A DNA stretch of 63,502 nt, filler included, from Licmophora abbreviata (GCA_900291995.1; 10 parts of 10 records of this genome joined end to end with filler, not necessarily neighbours in it), one strand, 5' to 3'; shown: positions 31,867-44,687, counted from the first letter of the whole stretch. Translations and numbers: made by a program. Notes: generated by a model not told the origin, from the letters alone.

Positions 31867-33800
31867 GATAAGGAGCCTGAAGAAGTTCATCCATGTGAGT
31901 TGTGAAACATTGGGGCTCTTCTCACTGACTGAGAAAGGAAGTACGAACGGTAGAGCTTACCAGGTATCCGAATTTCGAATGAGTGATAGGACTAGTTCAT
32001 ACCAATATCTTCGTAACTACGATGTAAAAGTGCACTCCTCGTAGCCTACTGATAAAGTATATCAATGATAAGCTCGAGACTACGATGACGGTCTAACTTC
32101 TTCAATAGATGTACTGTAGGCGACCCTGTGATCAGAGCTCTACTAGAAAGTAGCTAACGTCATCGTTAGGCTTCTAGGCGTTGAAAGGATACGATGGCCG
32201 GCTTCTACTGACGCGGATAGGGATCCCGCATGGTAGATGGAGACTATGGCCGCGGACAGCGAACTGTACCCGAACCTCCTCGCTCTAGTCTAGAGAGAGT
32301 ACGAGTGCCTATACTACGTCTGGTTTCAGAAGCTACGACAGTAGACGATGTTGCTGAACAAGCGGGGCTGGTCCTCAAGGAGACTGTAATCAGATGAATC
32401 ATTCAATCAATCAAGCGCAGTCCGAGCGTGACCCTTCTTTCTCTTTGTGACGTGGAAGAGCCGTGCTTGCGTCACAGAAAGGCCATTGTGACATCCTCCG
32501 CCCGCCCGCCGACAACAAAAACGAAAAAGACGCGAGAGAAGATCGCAGACAGTCTATGATACAGATACGGTGTAGACTACATTGGATGATCATGCAAGTC
32601 GCGTGTACTTCCCTTGGATCGTTCTTGCCGTCATGTCTCGCAAGGCTCGTGAAGATCAATCTGCGTGGAAGACTGCGTCCTGCTACGCCGTCGTGGGAGA
32701 CTATGGACCCTTCAAGTTTCGTGGCTCGGCTCCGGTCGAGCAGGGGGTGATGTTGATTCTGGCCGCTTTGCCCCAACAAGGAAGCGACCCGACTCGCCGA
32801 CACCCTTTGTATTCCCAAGCCGCACAGTATCAGCAGCTACTCTTGCGTCCACAGCAGAGGTCACACGACGAGACAAAGACTCTCTTGGTGGTCGACGTGA
32901 GGTCCCTGTTTGAATCGAATGAGGAGTACCAGCTAGCTCTTGAGCATTGATAAGGAGCTTNNNNNNNNNNNNNNNNNNNNNNNNNNNNNNNNNNNNNNNN
33001 NNNNTTAATTAATTAANNNNNNNNNNNNNNNNNNNNNNNNNNNNNNNNNNNNNNNNNNNNATTCAAGTGCTTTCCTAGTATCGATAGGTATCTCTCCCGA
33101 GTCCCGTCGGAGCAAGCCAGACGAGATGTCTGAGAAGGGGAACCGTGTTAAAGTACGTACCGTCACATCGTACCATGTCTCGATATACACCCGTAGATGT
33201 GGGTGGTCTTACTAGTTTTGGAGGCTACGGAACAGGAGACTATCATACCGTGGTCTGGACGGTGTTGCTGAACCGGTGGGCAATCTAGAGATGTTTGTAA
33301 CCCCTTAACTTTCCCGGTCGCTGGGAGTTTGTTGGGCTGGACACTTCACTTTTGTCAACGCGCGTGCCAGTAGAACAAGTGTATTGTCGTGAATTTAAAG
33401 TTAAACATGTCTGCATATAGTTTTGTTCATGCTATGGTTCGTGTTTTTGTGACCGCATTGAACATGTGAACATGCTAGATCGGAATTTCTTCGCCCATCC
33501 ACGTCATTCCATAATTGAATATCGTATGTAGAGTTCTACACGGATAGTACTGCAGATAAGTCACAATTCAGCAGAGCGCTGGCGACTGGCGAGCTGATGT
33601 CAGAATCGAGTCAGTGCACTCCCTAGCAGCACAAAAGGAATAGCAGTTGAGCCGAGCCAGCAGTCGCCGTTGATCGCCAATTGGCTTTTTTGTCAAGGAT
33701 TCTTCCGACGATCTGTCATCGATGATGTGCCGAAAGGACAGAAGAAGACACGATTCCCTTGTGCATACAGCCGTCTTTTAGAAAGAGTGGGAGAGTAGAC

Positions 33801-35608
33801 ATGGCCTCCCTCCTGTCCATGAGAGCGCACCGGGGGACTCGATTCTGGTTGCTGGCGGCCCTGCTTGTTGTTGAGTTCTCGACGCCAGAGTTCTGCTATG
33901 CCTTCCAGCCTCCTCGTCCCCAAAATGTGAGGACTCGAGAAGCGACGGCGCTGAGCTCTTCGGTGGCCGCGGACGTTCGAAGCCTCCCACGATGGCCGTG
34001 GCGAAAAGGTAGAAAGCAGCGATCCTTCAAGCGGCGGTCCTTCAGCACCATCTGGAGTCAGCGAGCGGACGACATTACCCAAGGACATGCACAAATGCTG
34101 CTCAAGCTCCGGAACAAGAACATGCTCTTTGTGAACTGGGAACTCAGCCAGCAAGGGGTGGAACGGCTGTCAAGAGACTTGAGACTGACCGAGCGAGGAT
34201 TCAGTTTGGCTCCTGTAGGTATACTGGTTGGTGGTGGAGACCATTGTCATATGCTGACCCTGAATGTGTATGAGGTCGAGTTTGATGGTTTCCCTGGTGG
34301 GTTGACCAATGCCGTGCGGTTCGAATTCTCCGTGTACGTTCGCTCAAGAGATGACCCACGGCCTCGATTCATGGTTGTAGAAGCCCTGTCCAGCATTGAT
34401 ACTTACGATCCCATCAGCGGACCTGTGTCGGCATCGAAGGTAGACTTCTCCAAGGTCGGCGACGTTGTGTCAGCTCGAATCTTTGGAAAGGACGGCTGGT
34501 TCTTCAAGGGACTGTGGACTCGACCAGCTCTTCTCCCGTCAACAAATCATGGACGACTGCGACTGATATAGTCTACTGGCCCAATGGCGTTGCTGACAGG
34601 TGCTTCTACGACAGTTCGCTCGCCAATCAGTCTCCAGTTTCTATCCAGAGAAACGAATCGGGTGGAAAATCAAAATGGGACGAGTTTCTCGTTGATTCAG
34701 CCAACCCGACATCGACCTTTCTCTACCAGGAAGACATGGAGTTCGTGTGCATGCCGTGGTACAACCTTGATGACACATCGCTACGAATGACGGGGGACCG
34801 GAGATTGGAGCTCCAGCAGCTGAAGAGAGTCACCTTTGGCGGTTTGGCAGGCTTGAAGTCACTTCTGGTATCTATTGGGCGACAGGAGCCCCTGGTTGAT
34901 GTGGTGGCCTACGGGGAATATCCCAACTCTCCGAGAGTGGTGCTCAACTTTGAGATACCAGCCCAGAATGTGGAAGATTTTGAGAGAGTCGTTACTATGC
35001 CCAAAGGATACCGCCTGTCTTCGAACATGAAGATGACCGGCGACAGCGCGCCCATGTACATGCTGACTTTCTCTACGTTTCTTGAGAACTTGATGCATCC
35101 TGGTGACTCCCCGTTCTACAAGGCGGTGTGGAGTGCGTACATTGAGGCAGAAGGTGGCACTAAGGGTGCCTTCTTGCATGAATTCCACGTGGAAACTAGC
35201 TCAAGCGGGCTTTGCTTGGAAAAGAAATCGAAGCCTGCCGCAAAGACGTTCGACGTTACAACTGCCGACAAGAAAATGAGAATACACATTGAAGGCGAAG
35301 AAACGGAGGCTAGCATTGAAGTGCCCTTTGTCGATCTGACGGAACGGGCCAAAGTACCCTCGTCGGACGAGTGGGTGCATGCGCACGACAAGGTGTTTGG
35401 GCCTAAAGGACTTTACGACAAGGTCTACTACGATGGGATGCTCTGGCATGCGCACGTCATTCCAGTATCCGATAGAGATGGAGAGATTCGAGTGTCGCAG
35501 AGCACACCATGGTCTCACCTGATCGAATCAACTCCTTTTCAGGTACTCTTCTTTGACCGCGATGTTTCGTATGTTAAGAACCCCTGGTACAACATTGACG
35601 ATGTTTGA
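33801..35608 (+). CDS. Probably plastid-targeted protein with two tandem acetoacetate-decarboxylase-like domains; apparent frameshift at 34508-34510
   Basis: Signal peptide ending CYA-FQP. Adding one base after AAG-GG joins ORFs 33759-34571 and 34514-35608. The halves align (FEFSVYV/WSAYIE; W..TDIVYWPNG.ADRCFYD/W..HDKVFGPKG.YDKVYYD; PWYNLDD/PWYNIDD). Confidence 0.65.
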
Positions 35609-36346
35609 CGACAATGATTCTGTCTGTTACTTGTACATACGCTATCATATAATTCATTGCTCCCACTGCTTGTTCTTATTGTGATATGTGGGTATTCGTT
35701 CTATGCTAGTTGAAACGTTGATCACTAGGTGGTTGTACAAGTAGTATCGTTCTTTGGAATCAGTAGAATTGACAGCATCACAGATAGGTCTGTCTTGAAA
35801 CTCGTCTACACCATCAACCATCAATCATTATTCATGATCTTCCCGCATCGTGGCACATCCTCCACGTAGCGGAAGCATATACGCCACCATTCATCATATC
35901 TTAATGGATTCACGAAAGACCTGACGAAACCAGTCATTTGTCTTTCACGCCCTCGTCGAGATAACGATCTGTTCTCGTGACTCGTGAGACGAACACCTGA
36001 AGCGTGAAAGGATTTGTCTTACATACAACGTACGCTACGGCACCGTACGAAGCTGCCTAAAGAGATTGCCGGCACTCCCACCGGTGCAACGCTTTCAGAC
36101 TGCCGTGGTCCGTGGTACCAGGTGACATCCAAATCTGCGTGAACCAGCATCACATTCGGGTTTGCATTGACAAAAATAAGAAGTATTGCTTCGAATATAA
36201 TGTCAGATGCCATCGGGAATCACGTTTGATCATTAAGCTAATTGTCTCGCACTCGAAACAGTTTGCGACACACCTCCATTTCCATAATTTTTTGCCAATC
36301 GACTCACCCCGACATCCAGAGAACGGGTGACCACAACCGGGGAAAG

Positions 36347-37807
36347 ATGATCGTTTTCGGATTGCTGGTAGCTTTCGCTACACTCGCCGGTATGGCGTCT
36401 GCGGACGGCCTTGCAACCAGTGAGCCGAGCTTCTCCATGGCGCCGTCTTTCGAGTTGGCTTCTCCAAAGCCGTCACTGGAACATACCAACGAACCGAGTT
36501 TTAGCATGATACCCACTGCTGTGCCAACCAAGATGGTAGAGAATAGCCGGCCTGTTGGGTCCTGTTTGCAGAGACAAATATGTGAATATTTTGATACGAC
36601 ACCAAGTGGGGAGAAGGTCAAACACGGCGATTACGTCAGCGACGAATGGGCCTCCCTCGGTTTCTTCATCACGGCGTCGTCCAAGGACGGAGGATATACG
36701 CCTGGTGGAAGAGCCCGCATCATGGATACTGCCCATCCTGGCTCTGACGTTGATCTCGGCAGTCCCAACCAGGGCTGTCCCGGTGGAGGCCCTGGCATGG
36801 GAGCTGGCGGCATACCTGGGGCTAAGGGTGAGAACTGTCTCTATCAAGGCAATGCGGTCATCATTCAGGAAGAGAAGAACCGGGATGTCGACGACAATGC
36901 CTACGGGGGCAGTATCAAATTCTCCTTCAATCACTCCGTCACCGTCCTGGCAATGGGAGCTATGGACCTAGACTACGGCGAAAGTGGCAAGCTCGAATAC
37001 GAATACTTTGACGGAAAGGAGAGTTTCTCGCAGCCACTTTATGGACTAGGCGACAACTCAGTTCAGGACATTGAGATTGAACAAGACAATGTCAGTAGTA
37101 TGACGTACACAATCGACCATTCTGGTGCCATCCGATTCATTTGCTACTGCGACTCAGAAGAAGGAGGCACTTCCATTCCTCCTCCTGCGCCGCCGCCCCC
37201 TCCAGTACCGGCAGTTCCGACCGAAGAGATCTGTGTCTACTTTCAGCATGATGCCTATGGGCGGGAGATAAGCCACGGTGACTATGTCGGTGACAACTGG
37301 ATTGCTTGGGGATTGAATATCACGGTCAGTCCCGGCGAAGGAGGCTACGCTCCTGGTGGCAATGGTCGAATCATGGACACTAGTAGACCTGGATCTGAGA
37401 GTGACCTCGGTAGTCCAAACCACGATTGTCCACAAGGAGGCCCGGGAGTAGGAGATGGGGGTAAGCCCTTCATGCCCGGAGAGAACTGCGATTTCGAAGG
37501 CAACGTCCTCATCATTCAGGAAGAGAAAGACCGCGATGTTGACGACAATGCCTATGGCGGCTCGATCAAGTTCAGGTTTACGTACGCGGCAACGCTCAAG
37601 AAAATTGGGCTGATGGATATTGAACAGGGCAGTTCTGCTTCTCTTGGTATAGAGAGAGTAGACGGAACATGGCAGACAACTCCAGTCTACGGGCTCGGCG
37701 ATAACTCTGTGCAGACAGTATGGTTTTGGGATGAATATGGCGTGGCGAGTGTCCAATTGCATCTCGTCAATTCGGGGGCTGTCCGATTTCTCTGTTACAG
37801 CTTTTAA
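36347..37807 (+). CDS. Secreted protein with two tandem copies of a DLGSPN/GLGDNS domain
   Basis: Signal peptide MIVFGLLVAFATLAGMASA. Two ~190-aa copies: HGDYV..W..GGY.PGG..RIMDT..DLGSPN..CP.GGPG.G.GG..GENC..GN..IIQEEK.RDVDDNAYGGSIKF..GLGDNSVQ..SGA.RF.CY, separated by poly-Pro. Confidence 0.85.
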   Translation: MIVFGLLVAFATLAGMASADGLATSEPSFSMAPSFELASPKPSLEHTNEPSFSMIPTAVPTKMVENSRPVGSCLQRQICEYFDTTPSGEKVKHGDYVSDEWASLGFFITASSKDGGYTPGGRARIMDTAHPGSDVDLGSPNQGCPGGGPGMGAGGIPGAKGENCLYQGNAVIIQEEKNRDVDDNAYGGSIKFSFNHSVTVLAMGAMDLDYGESGKLEYEYFDGKESFSQPLYGLGDNSVQDIEIEQDNVSSMTYTIDHSGAIRFICYCDSEEGGTSIPPPAPPPPPVPAVPTEEICVYFQHDAYGREISHGDYVGDNWIAWGLNITVSPGEGGYAPGGNGRIMDTSRPGSESDLGSPNHDCPQGGPGVGDGGKPFMPGENCDFEGNVLIIQEEKDRDVDDNAYGGSIKFRFTYAATLKKIGLMDIEQGSSASLGIERVDGTWQTTPVYGLGDNSVQTVWFWDEYGVASVQLHLVNSGAVRFLCYSF

Positions 37808-37960
37808 GTGACCCGCTCCCGTAAGCTGTCAAAAGTGAAGGGTGCGCTTGTTTGTCTCTTGTGTTGTTGGATTGATTTGTGTGAGGTGTATGCCCGATAC
37901 GACCGCCCCTGTACATTGCTATGTGAAATAGAAATTTAATGCTAGGAGAGGCACTCTCTG

Positions 37961-38498
37961 TCACTGTCGTGGGCGCACTGAGGTTGGTAGCGGGTACAAA
38001 TCAAGAATCATGGGTCGTGCGATCTCGCAGAGAGCTTTCGGTGGTGACATTGGATAGACCTCATCACGCCTTCCTAGACATGCCTTGGCATTCATGAGAA
38101 GAGCATTGCTGCGGGACACGGTGTGATTCGTCCGGAACCACGACTCAAAAGCTGACAATGTACCGGTAGATGCCGTCGGCTTAAGAGATAGCCTTCACTG
38201 ATNNNNNNNNNNNNNNNNNNNNNNNNNNNNNNNNNNNNNNNNNNNNTTAATTAATTAANNNNNNNNNNNNNNNNNNNNNNNNNNNNNNNNNNNNNNNNNN
38301 NNGATGCCGTCGCATTCAGAGATAGCCTTCACTGATCCTGCCGTTGGCATGACCAGTACGTCGTGGACTTGGAACTTGAACAAGGTCTCGACTCCTGGCC
38401 CTTCTCCTTGTTCCATGTTGTAACTCAGGCTTCCGCTGCGCTCCAACGCGTTGCGATGTCTTGGTAACGAAGGGAATGTCAGGGTACGACATCACCAT
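37961..38498 (-). pseudogene. Possible small gene reconstructed across a gap with two frameshifts; function unknown
   Basis: Three short overlapping ORFs join into one ~130-aa chain (MSYPDIPF..LERSG..FKFQVHDV..CDGIYRYIVSFESWFRTN..) if single bases near 38455 and 38148 are removed. Speculative. Confidence 0.3.
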
Positions 38499-38805
38499 GG
38501 GCCTGACTGCGATTGCGATTACTATTACTGCGATCAAGGCGAACTTGAGTTGTGAGTCGTGAATTCGTATCAGAACTCCTGATTCCTAGAGAAATCCGTC
38601 TGATCTCTGATCGAATGAATCACGAATCACGACTCACAACGACTCACAATGAAAAAAGAACTAAGGAATGACGTCCTTCTCTTCGCTTTGCTGCTTTCCG
38701 ACGCGATGCCATCACAATGTTAGTTTCAGCAGGCAAGTCTGGTGGCACTTTCCATTTATATTCTTGCGGCTACCGGGAGTCAATCTACTGCGCGAACACT
38801 GATTG

Positions 38806-41800
38806 ATGAAGACAATGAGCGGCAGTCTCGAGGATGCGTCATCGACTCCTACGCCTCCAAATACTACAAGTACTAGTACCGTCATCAGCAGGACTCCAGA
38901 TCCTTCCGACTGGCAGCAAACATGGACTCTCATGAAACGAAATTTCCGCAATGACTCTTACAAGAAGCCAAAGCTTTACTTCTTCCGGCTCTTTGGAGGT
39001 CCGCTCATGTGGATGCTCTACACGATTGGCTTCTTTCTAAATGCCAGCGATGGTGATTCGGATGGTAAACTACAAGCGGGTGAGATTCGTTTGTTTCCAG
39101 GAGAAACTATTCCGTCTCCGCAATCGGTGTATCTGGCGGGAGCAAACAATGGAAGCTCTCTGGATACCGTGAGCAGCGAGCTCTCGAACACCTGGAATCT
39201 AATAGTCAATCAAACGGCAGAGACGAATGAGACTACCTTTCAGGAGTTCTGTCAAGAGACGATAAGGGACATTTCGCCTTGGGAACAAGTCTGTGTCTTT
39301 GTCGACGGTCTTGGCTATTCACTCTACTTTGGAGGTGGTGAGGGTGTAACTCCCTTTGAAAGTCCTCTTGTGGGTGCGCAACGAGCTATTCAGTCGTCAG
39401 TCCTGACTGCCAACTCCTTTGACAGTGACCAATATCCGGTAGAGTTTGGACAAAAAGTTCCAGAATTCATTGTCGACGACGAAAGATCAGGGGCGAGCGA
39501 GTTCTTTCTATTGTTCCCCGGGGCAATGCTGGCGTTAGCGACTGCCATCACGATGCAGTTCCTCATTTCTCCCATAGCCACGGAAAAATTCAAAGGCGTC
39601 CTTCGCTCCTTTCTCTTGGTGGGAGTCAGCATGCGAGTGTATCTGCAGCAATGGATCTTGTACATGTCGGCCAATGCGGTGTTGACGGCTGCCGTGCTAA
39701 CCGCCGTTTCTATTGGATGGCGCCTCTTCAGTGAGTCCAGTGCGGGATTGATCTTCTTGTCGCATTTGTTGGCGCTTTTGCACATGGTGCTGGTCGCCTT
39801 GCTGCTCGCAGAGACTATCAATCAAGAAGAATTGATGCAAGGCCTTCCCTGGCTCATAACGTTTGCCAGTCTCGCCTTTTCGGCGCCAATTATAGTCCTG
39901 GATGACCCTAGCTCGATCGGGTTGGCCTGTTTGACTCCCCTGTCGCCGTTTGTTGGGATGATGTACTATACTGCAGTTTACAGCAACTATGATTTCGATG
40001 GATTCGGAGGTGGAGTCCATGTGGGTGACAATGTCCAAGAGAGTGGGCTGCTGGGGTGTTTCATTGGTCAGGCTGTCGGTCTTCTCATATGGGGATTTGC
40101 GATTTATTGGATGTCGAGACCGCGACAACCCTCACAAGCTAGAAAAGGTGAACCTATGGTGGACGATGAGATCTCACCAGAAAAGTTCGAGCCTTTGCCA
40201 CCGAATGCAGATGTGCTATTGTCGGTAGAAGGCCTTTCGCACACCTATCGACCTAAGTTCTGTGAGCGGACCGAGCCTGTTCAAGTCCTGAACCAACTAG
40301 ACTTCAAGATTGTTCGCGGAGAGGTATTCTCGTATCTCGGTCACAACGGAAGCGGGAAGACTACGAGCTTTGGCATTCTCAGCGGAGAACTTGGCTTGAC
40401 AGAGGGTGCTGTGACATATCACTTTCGGGACGGCGATGCTTCCCTAGAGCGAGCGGAGGATTTGACTCGAATTCGCAAGCGCATCGGAATCTGCCCTCAG
40501 CACAACGACTCTCTTCATGATGACGCATCTTGTCGTGAAATGCTCCGTCTCTTTGCCTGCCTCAAAGGTCATATTCCTGTGAACCATGGCCAGTCAATCG
40601 ATGAGGCGATCGAGGTGGAGGTAGATCGTCGAATTGATGAGTTGAAATTCACGTCCACAGAGGACGCGGATAAGGCGATTGAAACATACTCGGGTGGCAT
40701 GAAACGCTAAAGTCTGTATCGCGCTTGCCCTGCTTGGCGACCCTGAAGTGGTCTTTTTGGACGAGCCATCCGCGGGTTGCGACCCTTACAATCGACGCCA
40801 AATATGGGACATGGTTGCCGGTGCTAAGAGTGGTCGAAGCATCGTATTGACTACGCACTTCCTTGAAGAGGCCGATGTGCTAGGCGATCGTGTCGGTATA
40901 CTCAGGGATGGCTGTCTCGTGACTTGTGGCAGCACGCTGTTTCTGAAGCATCAGTTTGGAGGCTATACGCTTCGTTTCGATGGGTCCGAGGACATTGACG
41001 TTTCGAGGCTTGTAGATAAGGCTGAGAGTGTCCCCATTGAAGAAAATGAAGATTCGTATCAGTGGCAATTACAACATGGATCGGAGTCATCCTTTGCCGC
41101 CGCCCTATGCCATCTCGACGAGCACGGTGTCAGCAACGTTTCACTGGAATTGACTTCGTTGGAACAAGTCTTCTTAGAAACGGGAAAAGAAGAGTATGAC
41201 ACTGAACCGGAAAGCAATGATGGCGAAGCAGAGAAGTTTGATCCAGAGGCGCAAGACAACGATTCCGATCACCTCAAGAAAATTTGGGCTCCAGGTGCTT
41301 CCGTGTCCCCGGTTTCGTTCTGGAAGAAGCTCATACATGTACAGCACTTCATGCTAACAAACGCTTGGACATCAAAAGGAGTGATGTTTCTCAATATTGG
41401 AATGCCTGTAATGTACCTTGTACTTGGCATGGTGATCTCTAGCCAGATCGAGAACCAGGGAGAAGAACTCGTTGTTCCTGCACCTATATTTCTCAGTCCG
41501 TATCTTGCAAGCGCATCACAGTTCTTTGGCGTTCTTGACATCCAGGGAAATCCGATCGCCCCGATAATCCCCACAGAGGAACCTGCGACATTGAAGGACA
41601 TCCTGATTGTTCAGGAGCCACCCTACCGATATTTAGGGGGCTACTGGGCGCAAAACGCAACGCTTCAGTACAACGACACTTTCAGTCCGTTTGCGCCCGC
41701 TCTCGGCCTTCAGATACTGGGGAACTTCACTGCTTTGCTTGCCGGAAGTGCGGAGGGCATATCTACGCAACTTATTCAGCTTTCTTATACGACCGAGGTT

Positions 41801-43781
41801 GATTTTCGCGTCGACACACTGCTTCTACCAATCATGCTGGTCTTGGGCTTTTCTGGTCTGGCGTTCACGGTTCTGGATGTGTTGTTGCTGAAGGCGGACA
41901 ACGTGGTAGGGCTTTTCCGCGTGACAGGAATCACAGAATGGAACACGTATCTTGGAATCATGTTCTACAAGTGCGCAACTACATTCTTCCCGTTCTTCTT
42001 CTTGGTAATTATTCTGGGATTTGCGTTGCAGTCGGTAATCATGGGAAACGGCGGCCGATGGCTTGGTACAATCCTTGTCATGCTTGCGTACGCGTACTCA
42101 ACTTCGGCGGTCGGTCTTCTGCTTGGGAAGAAGTTCATCAAGTCAGACTTCAAGAGTGCTGCGAATTGGTTCCCAGGGGTGTACATGACTTTCGTGTCGT
42201 TGCCTTATATGGCATGGAATATAGCTCTTCAGTCGGCTGAAGGTGCGGAAGATGCGTTGATGATCGTCGGGGATATTCTCTGTATCCTGCCACCTGTGGC
42301 ATTTCAACGGGGAATCGGTGCTATCATTGCGGTGTCTACTGAGGCTGACGATTCAGAGTTGACATGGAGTACCGTCTGGAGTTGGGAGAGCCGCGTTTGG
42401 TTCACTGTGATCATTATGCTTGCTGTGGGAACCGCAGAGTGGACCTACATTTACCGTCTTACCACCATGCGCCCCCCGAAGACGATGCTGACCGACGACG
42501 AAAAGGAGGCGGCCGCTCCCGGAGATCGGAATGTGATGGCATCTGATGTGCCAGGGTCGGATCGAAGAGGAATNNNNNNNNNNNNNNNNNNNNNNNNNNN
42601 NNNNNNNNNNNNNNNNNTTAATTAATTAANNNNNNNNNNNNNNNNNNNNNNNNNNNNNNNNNNNNNNNNNNNNATCTGATGTGCCAGGGTCGGATCGAAG
42701 AGGAATGGACGATAGTGGGATCAATGCACGTGATCTCGTGAAACTTTTTCGAATCATTCCACCACGGGGCTCCCGAAACAAAAAGAAAAGGATACTCAAG
42801 TCAGCCGTCAAGGGAGTCAGCTTCAGTGTGAAGAAGAATCAAATTCTTTCGCTTGTCGGTCCAAATGGGAGTGGCAAAACAGTGTCAATGGGCATGCTTG
42901 CCGGCGAGCACACACCTGACCATGGGGAGATTGCTCTTGCAGGAGAGACACTCACTTCGCAAGACAAGAGTGTGCGACATTTGTACCATGATGGTCACGT
43001 TTCCTTCTGTCCCCAGTTTGATGCCTTGTTTGAACGCAAAACGGTGGTACAACACCTTCGTTTCTACGCCACCGTGCGAGGTCTGGACTGGAAGGAAGAG
43101 GCTACTCAGGAACATATCAACTCGATCGTTCGGTTGCTCGGTCTCGAAAAGCACAAGAACAAATTGTCGACGGATCTTTCCGGGGGATACAAGCGTCGCC
43201 TGTCGCTGGGTGTTGCTATGATTGGTACTCCGTTATGCATGATGGTTGATGAATGCACAACAGGAATCGATGCACATGGTCGCCACCTGATCTGGAAGGT
43301 ACTCAAGCCGCGTTCACGCAACGGATTCGACTTGCCGGCCATTCTCCTTTCCACTCACTATATGGATGAAGCATCGCACCTTGGAGACCGAATCGGTATT
43401 CTGATTGATGGCGAACTCGTAGCCGATGGCTCGTTAGCATCACTCCAGGCGGCTTATTGTCGATCTTACTTTGTGGAAATTGCCCTCCAGCCCGAGGCCG
43501 CCGAGGACACCCAGGCCGCAGTGTTGGAGCTATTCGAGGAGAAAGGAATGCCAGCCGATATCTACGAATCCCTTCCCTATCACTTCAAGCTCCAGGTTCC
43601 ATTTCAGGAGTCGACAGGAAACCATTTGGCACAACTGGCATCTATTTTTGAGGTGGTCGAAGCGCACCGTGAGGAGCTCCGAATCAAGTTCTACTCGGTC
43701 GCCCAAATGAACCTTGAGCAGATCTTTATTGATCTGTCGAGGCGCCAGTTTGAAGCGGATGAGTACTCCAGAGGTGTGTAG
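38806..43781 (+). CDS. ABCA: Full-size ABCA-subfamily transporter (TMD-NBD-TMD-NBD) with +1 insertion at 40708; spans gap 42574-42673
   Basis: Walker A GHNGSGKTT and GPNGSGKT. YSGGMKR[t]KVCIALALLGDPEVVFLDEP. LTTHFLEEAD, GSTLFLK, LSGGYKRRL, STHYMDEA, LEQIF. 33-bp duplicated overlap across the gap. Confidence 0.93.
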
Positions 43782-44093
43782 TACGAGTACCGGTACGCTG
43801 CAACATATTACGAAGTACAGTAGCTGGTAGTAACGTAGAGTCGGAAGATGCCGTGAGTGCCTATTAGTCCTACTCCGAGTAGAACGCAATTCGTCTACTG
43901 GTACTAGCAATTCGTGAATTGACCAGTAGACAAGCTAGTAATACCGTAGCAGACGCGACTCACTCCGCGATTGATTCATTCAATTCGTGATTGGGACCCC
44001 TAAAAGCTATCGTAGCATAGGGTGGCCTCTCGCCGGCCGAAAAACTTTTATCTATGAGGCGCGCAGTCTAGTGGAGGCAGTATCATACAGAGA

Positions 44094-44687
44094 CTATCGC
44101 GCTGTTCCATCACTCCTGACAGCTCTTCGGGCCGTCGTCTCATTCCGAGTAGTGATGATGTTTTCGTAATTGTCGACGGTAGAGCGAACTGGCGTGAGAG
44201 GATCATTGAACAAGCTAGGGTCATATACTCCATCCGGGTATAGGATCTGCACAAGCGAAGTCACTTCGAGAGGCGAAGAACCATCGGTATAGAGGAGTGA
44301 CGTAAAGGCTTGTCGGTTAATCATGAGCTCGTATTTCACGAGGTTCGGGGCGTTCTTGACGGACACGCGAGACGCTAGCACATGCAGCGCCATACCATCG
44401 GCACTCGTCCATTGATGAGTGACGATGCTGGCACCCTTCATGCGGGCATAGTGAACTTCACGGCCATCCATCTCAATCATCTGTTTCCCAGTACGCTTTG
44501 ACCAGATTAGTACCACCTCGTGAGTCTGATGGCCATCATCACGAAACTTCCATGTCACGCGCTTCTTGGCCTTCTTGAAGACTTTGCCAAGGTCTTCTAC
44601 CGTAAAGTCAATCTGACGGAGGTCAGAAGCTCTCGATATCAATGCCGACGTCGGAGCGGCAACTAGTGTGGTCGTTTCTTCTGCCAT
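44094..44687 (-). CDS. FAIM-like beta-sandwich domain protein
   Basis: VTWKF..HEVVLIWSKRTGKQMIEMDGREVH..YELMIN resembles the FAIM1 repeat (W..HKIEFEH..SGKRVVYVDGKE..Y.LEING). Confidence 0.55.
   Translation of the reverse strand: MAEETTTLVAAPTSALISRASDLRQIDFTVEDLGKVFKKAKKRVTWKFRDDGHQTHEVVLIWSKRTGKQMIEMDGREVHYARMKGASIVTHQWTSADGMALHVLASRVSVKNAPNLVKYELMINRQAFTSLLYTDGSSPLEVTSLVQILYPDGVYDPSLFNDPLTPVRSTVDNYENIITTRNETTARRAVRSDGTAR

Noticed and set aside
32411..32950. Cluster of short overlapping ORFs before a gap
   Set aside because: No motifs or consistent frame; not supportable as a gene.
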